This document shows positions 41,303 to 51,328 of a DNA stretch of 64,000 nucleotides, one piece after another; within the stretch, counting starts at the first letter, position 1; each line of letters starts with the position of its first letter. This stretch comes from Candidatus Eiseniibacteriota bacterium (GTDB taxonomy: Bacteria; Orphanbacterota; Orphanbacteria; Orphanbacterales; Orphanbacteraceae), in assembly GCA_029262235.1 (NCBI GenBank), contig JAJCZU010000004.1:991231-1055230 (forward strand), in the 5' to 3' direction. The notes beneath the pieces were generated by a model. It saw only the letters and a list, made by a program, of their open reading frames with translations. It did not search any database and was not told where the DNA came from. A program made the position numbers and the translations under genes.

Positions 41303-42765
41303 GCGCGGACGCGAATATGCCCACTGTTTTTTACCTCAATGATTCGCTGGTTCGCGCCGCCGCATCCCCCGGAGTGCTCGCACTCGACTACATTCGGCAT
41401 GAGTGCAGCCTGACCGGCACGAAGGAAGGGTGCAAGGAAGGCGATTGCGGCGCCTGCACCGTGCTCATGGGCGAGCGCGAAGGCGACACCGTTCGCTACC
41501 AGCCCGTCACGTCGTGCACGCTCCCTCTCGGCGAACTGCACGGCAGGCATGTCGTGACGGTCGAAGGGCTCAACCTGCCCGACGCGCTGTCGCCCGTGCA
41601 GTCTGCCATTGTGGACGAAGGCGCCACGCAGTGCGGCTACTGCACGCCCGGGTTCGTGGTCTCGCTGACGGCGCTTCTGCTCGACGCAACGAAAACGCTG
41701 TCCGACGACAACGTGAAATACGCGATCGGGGGCAACCTCTGCCGGTGCACGGGATATCGTTCGCTCAAGGCCGCGGGAGCACGGATTCGTGAAGGCGTGG
41801 AGTCGAAGCTCACGCCCGACCGCGTGGCCTCACTCGTGAACGCGGGCGCCATTCCCGCATACTTTGCGACGATGGCCCGGAAACTCGCTGCAATCGAATC
41901 GCCTGCGAGCCCCGCGCCCGCTCGCACGCCCGCGCCCTCCGGCACCGCACCGCCGCCGCTGCTGCTCGCGGGCGGCACGGACCTCTATATCCAGCGGGGC
42001 GACCGCATCCCCGATCAGGACGTCGTGATTCTAAACCGGCTTCCCGGCATGAGAACGATCGAAGAGCGCGACGGGCGCATTCATGCGGGCGCGCTCGTCA
42101 CGTTCGAACAGTTCATGCAGAGCGCGCAGTTGCGGAAGATCATGCCCGCGCTTCACGACTACGGTCTGTTGATGGCGTCGTGGCCGATCCGGAACCGGGC
42201 CACACTCTCCGGGAACATTCTGAACGCGTCGCCGATTGCCGACATGGTAAGCCTGCTTCTCGTTCTCGACAGCGAGCTCACATTCCGAAGCGGCAGCGCG
42301 AAGCGTTCGGTACCCCTTCGCAGTTTCTATACCGGCTACAAGACGTATGACATGCGGCCGGGCGAAATTCTAGAAGCGGTTTCGTTTCCGGTACCCGCGC
42401 CCGGCACCCTCTTTCACTGGGAGAAAGTCAGCAAGCGCCGCACGCTCGACATCGCCACGGTCAACACGGGGATCCGCATGCGCATGAACGGCGGCGTGAT
42501 CGAAGACGCGGCCGTAAGCCTCGGGGGAGTGGCGCCCGTGCCGCTCTATCTCGAGGAGACGTCACGCTTCCTGACCGGGCGCGAGCCGAGTGTCGAGACC
42601 GTGCTCGCCGCGATCGATCGCGCGCAGGCCGAGTGCGCCCCGATCAGCGACGTGCGCGGTTCCGCCGGGTACAAGCGCCTGCTCGTTCGGCAACTGATCC
42701 TCGCGCATTTCCTTACGCTTTTTCCCGAAGAGCTCACGATGGAACGCTTCTATGAAGCATCTTGA
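41299..42765 (+). CDS. xdhA: Xanthine dehydrogenase small subunit (2x[2Fe-2S] plus FAD)
   Basis: GTKEGCKEGDCGAC, QCGYCTPG, NLCRCTGY, AGGTDL and IRNRATLSGN. GTGA overlap with the uricase gene. Confidence 0.93.
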   Translation: MSADANMPTVFYLNDSLVRAAASPGVLALDYIRHECSLTGTKEGCKEGDCGACTVLMGEREGDTVRYQPVTSCTLPLGELHGRHVVTVEGLNLPDALSPVQSAIVDEGATQCGYCTPGFVVSLTALLLDATKTLSDDNVKYAIGGNLCRCTGYRSLKAAGARIREGVESKLTPDRVASLVNAGAIPAYFATMARKLAAIESPASPAPARTPAPSGTAPPPLLLAGGTDLYIQRGDRIPDQDVVILNRLPGMRTIEERDGRIHAGALVTFEQFMQSAQLRKIMPALHDYGLLMASWPIRNRATLSGNILNASPIADMVSLLLVLDSELTFRSGSAKRSVPLRSFYTGYKTYDMRPGEILEAVSFPVPAPGTLFHWEKVSKRRTLDIATVNTGIRMRMNGGVIEDAAVSLGGVAPVPLYLEETSRFLTGREPSVETVLAAIDRAQAECAPISDVRGSAGYKRLLVRQLILAHFLTLFPEELTMERFYEAS

Positions 42766-45034
42766 CGCGCCGCTCCACGTGCAGGGACTTTCGCAGTTTA
42801 CGGACGACGTCCGTCCTCCGCGTGACATGGTACACGGTGTGGTCTTCGGCTCGCCGGTCGCGCGGGGCGTGATTCGGGCGCTGCATGTCGAAGAGGCGAC
42901 AGCCTCACCCGGGGTCGTTGCCGTGCTGACCGCGGAGCACATTCCCGGGAACCCGCTCTTCGGGCCGATCATTCAGGACGAGCGCCTGCTCGCGCAGGAC
43001 GAAGTGGCGTACGTCGGCCAGCCTCTCGCGATCGTGCTTGCGGAAACGCGCGCCGATGCCGTGCGTGCCCGCGCTCTCATCACCGCGCACATCGACGAAC
43101 AGGAACCGCAGTTCGACCCGCGCGCGGCGTATGACCGCGGCGACATCATCGGCAAGCCCGTTGCGTTTGCCATGGGCGATGTCGACGGCGTGTGGGCGCA
43201 GTGCGCGCACGTGGTCGAAGGATCGTGCTCGATCGGGGGCCAGGAACACGTGCCGCTCGAAACGAACCGCGCGCGCGCGTTCCCGAAAGAGGACGGGCAG
43301 ATGCTGATCTGGTCGTCGACGCAAAGTCCGTACGCCGTGCAGCGCGCCGCCGCGAAGATTCTCGGCGTCCCCGAAAACAAGGTCGAAGTCGACGTCAAGC
43401 GGCTCGGCGGCGGCTTTGGCGGCAAGGAAGACCAGGCGACGCACTGGGCCGTGATGGCCGCGGTCGCCGCGCGTCACACGGCGCGACCGATCGAGATCGT
43501 GCTGCACCGCGAAGAAGATATCCGCATGACAGGAAAGCGTCATCCCTACGAGTCAGACTTCAAGATCGGCCTCGATGACGACGGCCTCATTCTCGCATTC
43601 GAAGCGAAACACTTTCAGAACGCCGGCGCGTTTGCGGATCTTTCGATGCCTGTGCTCGAACGCACGCTCTTTCACAGTACGAACGCCTACTTCATACCGA
43701 ACGTGCGCGTGCACGCCGCGTGCTGCCGGACGAACCTCGCCCCGAATACCGCGTTTCGCGGGTTCGGCGGGCCGCAGGGGATGTTCGTGATCGAGGCGGC
43801 GATCGCGAAAGCAGCCGACGCCATGGGGCTCGCACCCGATCAGATTCAGGCGAAGAACCTGCTCCGCGACGGCGACGAACTTTACTACGGGCAGAAAACG
43901 GAGCGGTGCATGATGCGGCGCACGTGGGACGAGGCCGCCGAAGCCTTCGACCTCGAGTCGTTCCGCAAGCGAGCGCATGATTTCAACGCCGCGAACTTCG
44001 GCGTGAAAAAGGGCTTCGCCGTGATGCCCGTCTGCTTCGGCATTTCATTCACGAAGTCGTTCCTGAACCAGGCGGGCGCGCTCGTCCACGTTTATACAGA
44101 CGGAAGCGTGAGCGTGACGAGCGGCGGGATCGAAATGGGGCAGGGGCTCAGCACGAACCTGCAGGCGATCGCGGCCCGCACGTTCGGGATCGACCCGGCG
44201 CGTGTCAAAGTCGAAGCGACGAACACGACACGCGTTTCGAACATGTCCCCGAGCGCCGCAAGCGCCACGACCGACCTGAACGGGAACGCCGTGATCCAGG
44301 CGGTCCGCGAGATCCGCGCGGGGCTGCTTCGCGTGGCGGGCGAACTGCTCGGCGCCGCGCCCGACTCGCTCACGATCGCGCACGATCGCGTCGCGCGTGA
44401 CGGCAAGTCCACCGAGATCGACTGGAACCGGCTCGTGAGTGAAGCGTACCTGCGCCGCCGCAAGCTCTCCGCCTACGGCTATTACGCAACGCCGAACCTT
44501 TCGTTCGATCATGCGACGAACAAGGGAAACGCGTTCGCTTATCATGTGTACGGAACGTGTATAACCGAGGTGTCGCTCGACTGCCTGCGCGGGATCTACA
44601 CGATCGATTCCGTCAAGGTCGTGCACGACCTCGGGCGGCCCATTAACGAACTCGTCGATCTCGGCCAGGTCGAGGGCGGTCTGATGCAGGGCCTCGGCTG
44701 GATGACGATGGAAGACCTCGTCTGGGACGAGAAAGGGCGGTACACGTCAGGGTCGCTCTCGACGTACAAGGCGCCCGACGTGTATTTCGCGCCTGACGAT
44801 CTCGACGTGCGCTTTCTGCCGTTCTGGGAGAACGAACCCGGGCCGCTCGGCGCGAAAGCCGTCGGCGAGCCGCCGCTCATGTACGGAATCGGCGTCTACT
44901 TCGCGCTGCAGTCCGCGATCCGGGCTTTCGCGCCGGATACGGCGCTCGTTTTCAAGACGCCGATGACGCCGGAGCGTGCGCTGCTCGCCCTGCACCCGGA
45001 CTGGTCGCCGTCTCCGTCTGCCGATCGATCCTGA
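42752..45034 (+). CDS. xdhB: Xanthine dehydrogenase molybdopterin subunit
   Basis: KRLGGGFGGKE, AFRGFGGPQG, FGISFT, EMGQGL, GQVEGG and KAVGEPPL. Confidence 0.95.
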   Translation: MKHLDAPLHVQGLSQFTDDVRPPRDMVHGVVFGSPVARGVIRALHVEEATASPGVVAVLTAEHIPGNPLFGPIIQDERLLAQDEVAYVGQPLAIVLAETRADAVRARALITAHIDEQEPQFDPRAAYDRGDIIGKPVAFAMGDVDGVWAQCAHVVEGSCSIGGQEHVPLETNRARAFPKEDGQMLIWSSTQSPYAVQRAAAKILGVPENKVEVDVKRLGGGFGGKEDQATHWAVMAAVAARHTARPIEIVLHREEDIRMTGKRHPYESDFKIGLDDDGLILAFEAKHFQNAGAFADLSMPVLERTLFHSTNAYFIPNVRVHAACCRTNLAPNTAFRGFGGPQGMFVIEAAIAKAADAMGLAPDQIQAKNLLRDGDELYYGQKTERCMMRRTWDEAAEAFDLESFRKRAHDFNAANFGVKKGFAVMPVCFGISFTKSFLNQAGALVHVYTDGSVSVTSGGIEMGQGLSTNLQAIAARTFGIDPARVKVEATNTTRVSNMSPSAASATTDLNGNAVIQAVREIRAGLLRVAGELLGAAPDSLTIAHDRVARDGKSTEIDWNRLVSEAYLRRRKLSAYGYYATPNLSFDHATNKGNAFAYHVYGTCITEVSLDCLRGIYTIDSVKVVHDLGRPINELVDLGQVEGGLMQGLGWMTMEDLVWDEKGRYTSGSLSTYKAPDVYFAPDDLDVRFLPFWENEPGPLGAKAVGEPPLMYGIGVYFALQSAIRAFAPDTALVFKTPMTPERALLALHPDWSPSPSADRS

Positions 45035-45050
45035 GCAGATCGGATGACTG

Positions 45051-45120
45051 GCGCGTCTATATAGCAGCGCGTCTCTATAATTGATAGCAACATACGATTA
45101 TTGACCGCAACTTACTGACA
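45051..45120 (+). promoter_or_regulatory. AT-rich intergenic region with short direct repeats (candidate operator)
   Basis: GCGCGTCT at 45051 and 45067. ATTGATAGCAAC (45080) and ATTGACCGCAAC (45100) lie 20 bp apart. Confidence 0.35.
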
Positions 45121-45161
45121 ACGAATCACATTCGATCATTGCCAACAAGAGGAGCGATTGC

Positions 45162-47753
45162 ATGTTTCGATTTCTGGGAATTCTCCTGTTCGCGCTCTGG
45201 ACCGGAGTCGCATCCGCGCAATCCGTGCGAGCGCCCCGGTTGCACGTTCTCGACAACGGTCTTCGCGTTCTGACTGTCGAGGATCGCGCGAACCCGATCG
45301 TCACCGTTACCTGGAGCGCGCATGTCGGCGACAGTGCCGAACCGCCCGATTTCGCGGGCAACTCTCATTATCTCGAGCACCTGCTGCTGTTTCGCGGCAC
45401 AGAGAAATTTCCGAAGAACGAAATCGGCGAGTGGGTGGCGAGTCGCGGCGGCTACTTCAACGGCCACACCTGGTACGACTACACGACATTCGAGATCATG
45501 TCTTCGCTCGGCGATCTCGACGCATCTCTCGAGCGACATGAACAGATGATGTTTCACGCGGCGTTTTCGGGCGAGGATTTCGAAACGGAAAAGAAGGCCG
45601 TGTTCGAAGAGCTGCGCGGTGGGCTCGACAGCCCGTACGGCTACATATGGCGCGCCTCCCCGTATCACATGTACCCGAAGGACACATACTATTCGCGTTC
45701 CACGATCGGGACGATCGAGACGGTGCAGGCCGCGACCGTGGACCGCGTGCGCCGCTATTACGAGGACTACTACGTTCCGAACAACATGACGATGGCGATT
45801 GTCGGCGACATCGATACCGAGGAAGTGATTGCGAAAGTCAGCGCGCGTTTTGGCGGGTACGAGCGACGTGACGTCCCGCCGAACCGCTACGAGCCCGTGG
45901 GGATGAAGGCGGGCGTGACGGTGGTCGCCGAAGAGCGCGACGTCGGCAAGGCTTACATGCTCCTTGCGGTCGAAGGGCCGCATGCGGCTGCCCCCGAGTA
46001 CTTCCCGTATGCCCTGCTCGCGGGCTATCTCAGCAACGGCAAGACATCGCTCTTTCGCGACGAGCTGATCTCGAAACGCAAACTCGTCGGCAACATCAGC
46101 ATGGATGCGTTCCCGCGGCGTTTCGCCCGCGGCTGGCAGTCCCTTGACCTGGAGTGTGATCCGAAAGATGCGGCCACGGCGATCGGCGCGATCTGGGAGT
46201 TGATCGCGCGCGTACAGACCGAAGGCATTTCCGACGCGGATCTCGACCTCGCCCGCAAACGCATGATCAGCGCTTATCGGTTCACGCTCGACGATCAGTA
46301 TCAGGTCGCGTCGAGCCTCGTCGAATCGGACGCGCATGGCGACTATCGCCTGTTCTCCGAATACGAAGCGCGCCTCTCCGCCGTAACCGCCGCCGACGTG
46401 CAGGCGGTCGCGATGAAATACTTCGACCCCGCGCAGTTCTTTCTGATGGCGATCTTTCCGCCCGATGAAATCCCGGAGAACTTCGAGGCGGACGTAAAGA
46501 GCGCGGCCCGCAACAACGTACCGTTCGGGGGCGGCGTCGTTTCCCGCACGCTGCCGTCGGGAGCCGTTCTCGTGCACGAGGGGCGTCCCGGTTCGGCCAC
46601 CGAGAGCTTCACGCTGACGGTGTTGGCCGGCGACCGCGACGAGTCCACGGCGGGCACAGCGGGCGCCGTGACGCGCATGATGACCGAACGAACGAAATCC
46701 ATGACGAAACAGGAACTGCAGGATCTGCTCGACCGGAACGGATTCCAGCTCTCCGCCTGGAGCAGCCCGGACGCTTCGTACTTCAACCTTGCCGCGCCCG
46801 CCGGAGCGACCGAAGAAGCCGCCGCGCTTCTTCTGTCCATCGTGACGACGCCGTCATTCGCCGAGGCCGAATGGGAGCCGCTGCGCGTGAAGATGATCTC
46901 GGACGTCGAAGCCGCGATGGACCAGCCGACGACGACTGCTCTCGACAACCTGTACAGTACCGCGTTCAAGGGCACCGGCTACGGAAGCACCCTCGGCGAT
47001 GTACGAGCAGGGCTCACGAAGCTTGCTCCCGGCGACCTGCAGTCCTTCTGGAAGAGCCGGTATCGGGCGGGGTCGATGGCTGTCGCTTATTCCGGCGGTG
47101 CGTCGGAAGCAGCAGTTGCGGAGGCACTCGGCGGACTCGCGGCCCTCGACGGGAAGGCGCCCGCGCGGAAGACGATTCGCTCCGCGCCGCGCGAGGGCGA
47201 AGTCCGGGTCGCGGTTCCGATGGAAGGGAAAACGCAGGCGAACATGAACCTCGCGTGGCCCGCACCGCCGGCGGCAACGGATGACGCCATTCTATGGAAG
47301 CTCGCCGAGCGCGCGATCGGCGGAGACCTCGCGGGGCGCCTCTGGAAACTGCGCCAGGACGAAGGGCTCGCGTATACCGTTTGGATCTACGGCGATGATC
47401 TGCGCGACCAGCCCATGACACGAATCTTCATGGGGACGGCGGCTGAAAAACGGGAGCTGGGCCTCGCCGCGATTCATCGCGAAGTGAAACGCGCGATGAG
47501 CGGCCTCACGCAGGACGAACTCGACCGCGTGAAAGTCTCGTACATCGCGAACCTCGACCGCCTTGACCGTACGGCCACCCGGCGTTCGAACCGTCTCGCG
47601 GAGTGGTGGGGGCTCGGGTTACCCGCGGGCCAGCGCGAACGAATGCGGCGCGTCATCACGACAGCAACGCTCACGGACGTGAATCGCGTGATCGGTAGCG
47701 TGCTCGACCCGGCGAACTATTACTTCTCGGAGGCGGGAGCCGTGCCCGAATAG
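45162..47753 (+). CDS. Secreted M16 (pitrilysin/PqqL-like) zinc protease
   Basis: SD GAGGAG; signal peptide; inverted zincin HYLEH; NGHT; VFEELR; four-domain layout whose C-terminal half lacks the motif but has LRQDEGLAY. Confidence 0.92.
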   Translation: MFRFLGILLFALWTGVASAQSVRAPRLHVLDNGLRVLTVEDRANPIVTVTWSAHVGDSAEPPDFAGNSHYLEHLLLFRGTEKFPKNEIGEWVASRGGYFNGHTWYDYTTFEIMSSLGDLDASLERHEQMMFHAAFSGEDFETEKKAVFEELRGGLDSPYGYIWRASPYHMYPKDTYYSRSTIGTIETVQAATVDRVRRYYEDYYVPNNMTMAIVGDIDTEEVIAKVSARFGGYERRDVPPNRYEPVGMKAGVTVVAEERDVGKAYMLLAVEGPHAAAPEYFPYALLAGYLSNGKTSLFRDELISKRKLVGNISMDAFPRRFARGWQSLDLECDPKDAATAIGAIWELIARVQTEGISDADLDLARKRMISAYRFTLDDQYQVASSLVESDAHGDYRLFSEYEARLSAVTAADVQAVAMKYFDPAQFFLMAIFPPDEIPENFEADVKSAARNNVPFGGGVVSRTLPSGAVLVHEGRPGSATESFTLTVLAGDRDESTAGTAGAVTRMMTERTKSMTKQELQDLLDRNGFQLSAWSSPDASYFNLAAPAGATEEAAALLLSIVTTPSFAEAEWEPLRVKMISDVEAAMDQPTTTALDNLYSTAFKGTGYGSTLGDVRAGLTKLAPGDLQSFWKSRYRAGSMAVAYSGGASEAAVAEALGGLAALDGKAPARKTIRSAPREGEVRVAVPMEGKTQANMNLAWPAPPAATDDAILWKLAERAIGGDLAGRLWKLRQDEGLAYTVWIYGDDLRDQPMTRIFMGTAAEKRELGLAAIHREVKRAMSGLTQDELDRVKVSYIANLDRLDRTATRRSNRLAEWWGLGLPAGQRERMRRVITTATLTDVNRVIGSVLDPANYYFSEAGAVPE

Positions 47754-47763
47754 GGCGAGTTCG

Positions 47764-48843
47764 TCATCGAATCGCGTTCTGAAGCAGCAGGTGGTCGGCC
47801 AGAACGAGCGCCGTCATCGCTTCCACGATCGGCACCGCGCGGGGGAGTACGCAGGGGTCGTGGCGACCGCGGGCGACGACTTCGGTCTCGTTCCCCTGAT
47901 CGTCGACGGTCTTCTGCTTCTGTAATATCGTGGCGGTCGGCTTGAACGCGGTCCGGAAGTAGATCGTTTCGCCGTTAGAAATGCCGCCCTGGATGCCGCC
48001 CGATCGATTGGTCTCGGTTCCGATCGTGCCGCTCTTGTTCACGAAGCGATCGTTGTGCTCCGAGCCCTGAAGCTGCGTCCCCGCGAACCCGGAGCCGATC
48101 GCGAATCCCTTCGTCGCCGGAATCGAAAGCATCGCCTGCGCCAGTGCGGCTTCAAGTTTGTCGAACACCGGCTGCCCGAGGCCCGGCGGCACATGGCGCG
48201 CGACGCATTCAATGACGCCGCCGACGGAATCGCCCTGCTTTTTGACGCGCTTCACGAGTTCGATCATGCGCTCGCCCGCTTCACCATCGGGGCAGCGGAT
48301 CTCGTTAGCTTCGACGTCCGCGCGCGTTACGGTTTCGCGATCGATGCCGCTCGCCGCCACGTCTTTCACGTGCGTTACATAAGCCACAATCTCGATTTCC
48401 GCCCGCTCGCTCAGCAGCTTGCGCGCGATCGCTCCCGCCGCCACGCGCCCCACGGTTTCGCGCGCGCTCGCGCGCCCGCCGCCCTTCCAGTTCCGAATGC
48501 CGTATTTCGCATCGTACGTGTAGTCCGCGTGCGAGGGACGATAGATGTGCTTCATGTCTTCGTAGTCTCTTGACCGGGCGTCCTTGTTCGGGACGAAGAG
48601 CGAGATCGGGGTTCCGAGCGTCGCCCCCTCGAATACGCCCGACAGGATCTGCACCTCGTCGGTCTCTTTCCGCTGCGAAACGAGGGCCGTTGTGCCCGGC
48701 TTCCGGCGGTCGAGATCGACCTGGATTTCCTCGGGTGAAATCGCCAGTCGCGGCGGGCATCCCTCGAGGACCACGCCGACGCCTCCGCCGTGCGATTCCC
48801 CCCAGGTCATGATTCGAAAGAGCTTACCGAATGTGCTTCCCAT
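47764..48843 (-). CDS. aroC: Chorismate synthase
   Basis: [40 protein letters not shown] and GRHDPCV. True start ATG 48843 (MGSTFG). Confidence 0.97.
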   Translation of the reverse strand: MGSTFGKLFRIMTWGESHGGGVGVVLEGCPPRLAISPEEIQVDLDRRKPGTTALVSQRKETDEVQILSGVFEGATLGTPISLFVPNKDARSRDYEDMKHIYRPSHADYTYDAKYGIRNWKGGGRASARETVGRVAAGAIARKLLSERAEIEIVAYVTHVKDVAASGIDRETVTRADVEANEIRCPDGEAGERMIELVKRVKKQGDSVGGVIECVARHVPPGLGQPVFDKLEAALAQAMLSIPATKGFAIGSGFAGTQLQGSEHNDRFVNKSGTIGTETNRSGGIQGGISNGETIYFRTAFKPTATILQKQKTVDDQGNETEVVARGRHDPCVLPRAVPIVEAMTALVLADHLLLQNAIR

Positions 48844-48850
48844 GGGGGCG

Positions 48851-48879
48851 ATCATAGGCGGGCGATGGGGAGTGGTCAA
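48851..48879 (-). promoter_or_regulatory. sigma70 promoter of aroC, probably leaderless
   Basis: Minus strand TTGACC-17nt-TATGAT-7nt-ATG, with no SD. Confidence 0.65.
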
Positions 48880-48973
48880 CCGATCTTGAGCCTCCCGAGC
48901 CCCCGTGATACCCTTCGGGATTGCATGGATCACGACCGATAACCCCTCAGATACGATCGAGGAGAGGACCAAT

Positions 48974-50521
48974 ATGCGAGGCGAGTTTCGAAACGAACCG
49001 TTTCTCGATTTCAGCAAGGACGAGAACCGGCAGGCGATGCTGGCTGCGATCAAGAACGCGCGGGCTTCCTTCGGGAAAGAGTATGCGCTCTGGATCGGCG
49101 GCGAAGATATCAAGACGAAGGACACGATCAAGACGCTGAACCCGTCGAACCCGTCCGAAGTGATCGGCACGTTCCCGAAAGCGGACGAAAAGATCGCCGA
49201 GCAGGCGATGCAGGCGGCGCTCAAAGCGTACGAAACGTGGAGCCGCACGCCGGTCGAAAAGCGCGCGGAGTACCTGTTCAAGGCCGCGGACGAACTCCGC
49301 AAACGGCGCTTCGAGTCGAATGCGATCATGGTGCTCGAGGTCGGCAAGAGCTGGCCCGAAGCCGACGGCGACACGGCCGAAGCGATCGACTTCCTCGAGT
49401 TCTACGCGCGTGAGGCGCTTCGCTACGGCGGCGAGCAGCCGATCACACCCTGTCCCGGTGAAAAACCCGAGCTCCGCTACATCCCGCTCGGCGTCGGCGT
49501 CGTGATTCCGCCGTGGAACTTCCCGATGGCGATCTGCCTCGGCATGACCACCGCCGCGATCGTATCGGGGAACACGGTCATCGTGAAACCGAGCTCCGAC
49601 TCGCCGGCCACGGCCGCGCTCTTCGTCGACATCATGAAATCGGTCGGCCTCCCCGGCGGCGTTCTGAACTTCATGACGGGCTCGGGCCGCGTGGCGGGCG
49701 AATATCTCGTCAAGCATCCGAAGACGCGCTTCATCTCGTTCACGGGATCGAAAGCCGTGGGTCTCGGGATCGTGAAGAAAGCGGGCGAAACGGCCGACGG
49801 CCAGATCTGGATCAAGCGCGTTGTCGCGGAAATGGGCGGCAAGGACGCGATCGTCGTCGACAACGAAGCCGACCTCGACGCCGCGGCGGAAGGGGTGGCA
49901 CTCGCTGCGTTCGGCTTCCAGGGGCAGAAGTGCTCGGCGTGCTCCCGCGCGATCATCGTCGACTCCGTCTACGACAAGTTCGTGGAGAAGCTCATGCCCC
50001 ACGTCGAGAAAATGACCGTGGGCGACCCGAGCGACGGTACCAGCTATATGGGGCCGGTCGTGAACGAAGCGGCATTCAAGTCGATCCACGACTATATGAA
50101 AGTGGGCGCGAAGGACGGCAAACTGCTTACGGGCGGTGGACCTACGGGCCAGGACGGCTATTTTCTGCAGCCGACCGTGATCGGGGACGTCGACCGGAAC
50201 GACCGCATCGCCCAGGAGGAGATCTTCGGGCCGGTGCTGGCGCTGATTCGGGCGAAAGACTTCGACGACGCCCTCGCAGTCGCCAACGGGACTGAATACG
50301 GCCTCACAGGGGCCGTCTATACGGAAAATCGTGAAAAGGTCGATAAGGCGAAGAGGGAGTTCCATGTGGGAAATCTCTACGTCAATCGGAAGTGCACGGG
50401 GGCTCTTGTCGGCGTGCATCCATTCGGCGGATTCAATATGTCGGGAACGGATTCGAAGGCCGGCGGCCGCGACTATCTGCTCCTGTTTCAGCAGGCTAAA
50501 TCGATTTCGGAGAAGATCTAG
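48974..50521 (+). CDS. pruA: 1-pyrroline-5-carboxylate (L-glutamate gamma-semialdehyde) dehydrogenase
   Basis: [49 protein letters not shown] and [16 protein letters not shown] (RocA type). Confidence 0.94.
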   Translation: MRGEFRNEPFLDFSKDENRQAMLAAIKNARASFGKEYALWIGGEDIKTKDTIKTLNPSNPSEVIGTFPKADEKIAEQAMQAALKAYETWSRTPVEKRAEYLFKAADELRKRRFESNAIMVLEVGKSWPEADGDTAEAIDFLEFYAREALRYGGEQPITPCPGEKPELRYIPLGVGVVIPPWNFPMAICLGMTTAAIVSGNTVIVKPSSDSPATAALFVDIMKSVGLPGGVLNFMTGSGRVAGEYLVKHPKTRFISFTGSKAVGLGIVKKAGETADGQIWIKRVVAEMGGKDAIVVDNEADLDAAAEGVALAAFGFQGQKCSACSRAIIVDSVYDKFVEKLMPHVEKMTVGDPSDGTSYMGPVVNEAAFKSIHDYMKVGAKDGKLLTGGGPTGQDGYFLQPTVIGDVDRNDRIAQEEIFGPVLALIRAKDFDDALAVANGTEYGLTGAVYTENREKVDKAKREFHVGNLYVNRKCTGALVGVHPFGGFNMSGTDSKAGGRDYLLLFQQAKSISEKI

Positions 50522-50523
50522 GA

Positions 50524-51240
50524 ATGAAGCGCAATACGTTTGATTGGATTCTGTCGCTCGCGATTGCTTTTTCGATCGCGGGAATCATGTTCGGTTGCTC
50601 GAAGGAAGACGCGGTGGAATCGCTCGAAGAGCGACGCGCCCGGATCATTCCCGACAGCCTTTCTTTCACCCAGAAGATCGAGCGCCTGGTTCCGCATTCG
50701 CTGTTCCGGCTGCAGGCTCTCGCCGAGAATCATGCGGACTCCACGACTTACGCGGCGATCAACCTGACGAAGTTCGTGCCGTACAGCGAGATGGGGAAGA
50801 TGTTCGAGAACCGGGGCTTTACGATTCATCAGCTTTACTACGGAATGGGCGCCTTCTCGGGCATCTATCCGGTCGATCCGACGATTCCGATGGATTCGAC
50901 GCTCGCTCTGCTGCGGCTCGAAGCGCGCACGGAGCTGGCCGAAAACATCCGGCTCGGGAGCGAGGAAGTCGCGAACATCGCCGACGAAGTGCAGCGTAAG
51001 AAAGTGGAAGAGGAACTCGATCGCATGCGCGTTTCTCTTGCCGGGCTCGATCAGACGGGGCCGCAGTTCTACGGCGCCGAAGTCGAAGGACGCGCGCCGA
51101 TCCTTCTCGCGCTGATGCAGCATCCCGATCAGCTCGTGCGCGTCGTGTTTCCCGGACAGCCGAGCGAAGGGAGCTGGGTGCGCCTGTCGCCGGCCCGCTA
51201 CAAGCTCCTCATGGACAACGATCGCCAGGTCGCCCAGTAA
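50524..51240 (+). CDS. Hypothetical lipoprotein
   Basis: Starts 2 nt after the pruA stop; signal peptide with IMFGC lipobox; host-like codon usage. Confidence 0.7.
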   Translation: MKRNTFDWILSLAIAFSIAGIMFGCSKEDAVESLEERRARIIPDSLSFTQKIERLVPHSLFRLQALAENHADSTTYAAINLTKFVPYSEMGKMFENRGFTIHQLYYGMGAFSGIYPVDPTIPMDSTLALLRLEARTELAENIRLGSEEVANIADEVQRKKVEEELDRMRVSLAGLDQTGPQFYGAEVEGRAPILLALMQHPDQLVRVVFPGQPSEGSWVRLSPARYKLLMDNDRQVAQ

Positions 51241-51282
51241 CCGGCACTTTGCGTAGCGGTTCCCACCGCGCGCGGTTATGAT

Positions 51283-51318
51283 CGGCCCGGAGTGATACGC
51301 TCCGGGCCGTTTTCTTTT
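51283..51318 (+). terminator. Rho-independent terminator
   Basis: Perfect 10-bp stem CGGCCCGGAG/CTCCGGGCCG followed by TTTTCTTTT. Confidence 0.8.
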
Positions 51319-51328
51319 CGGGAGGTAC

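Noticed and set aside
48844..49374. N-terminal extension of the aroC ORF (similar extensions on the ORFs at 3152-4681, 28582, 29852-30643, 30433-31932, 40310 and 62287)
   Set aside because: The extensions overlap neighbouring genes or promoters. Family N-termini and SD or -10 signals indicate the later starts used here.
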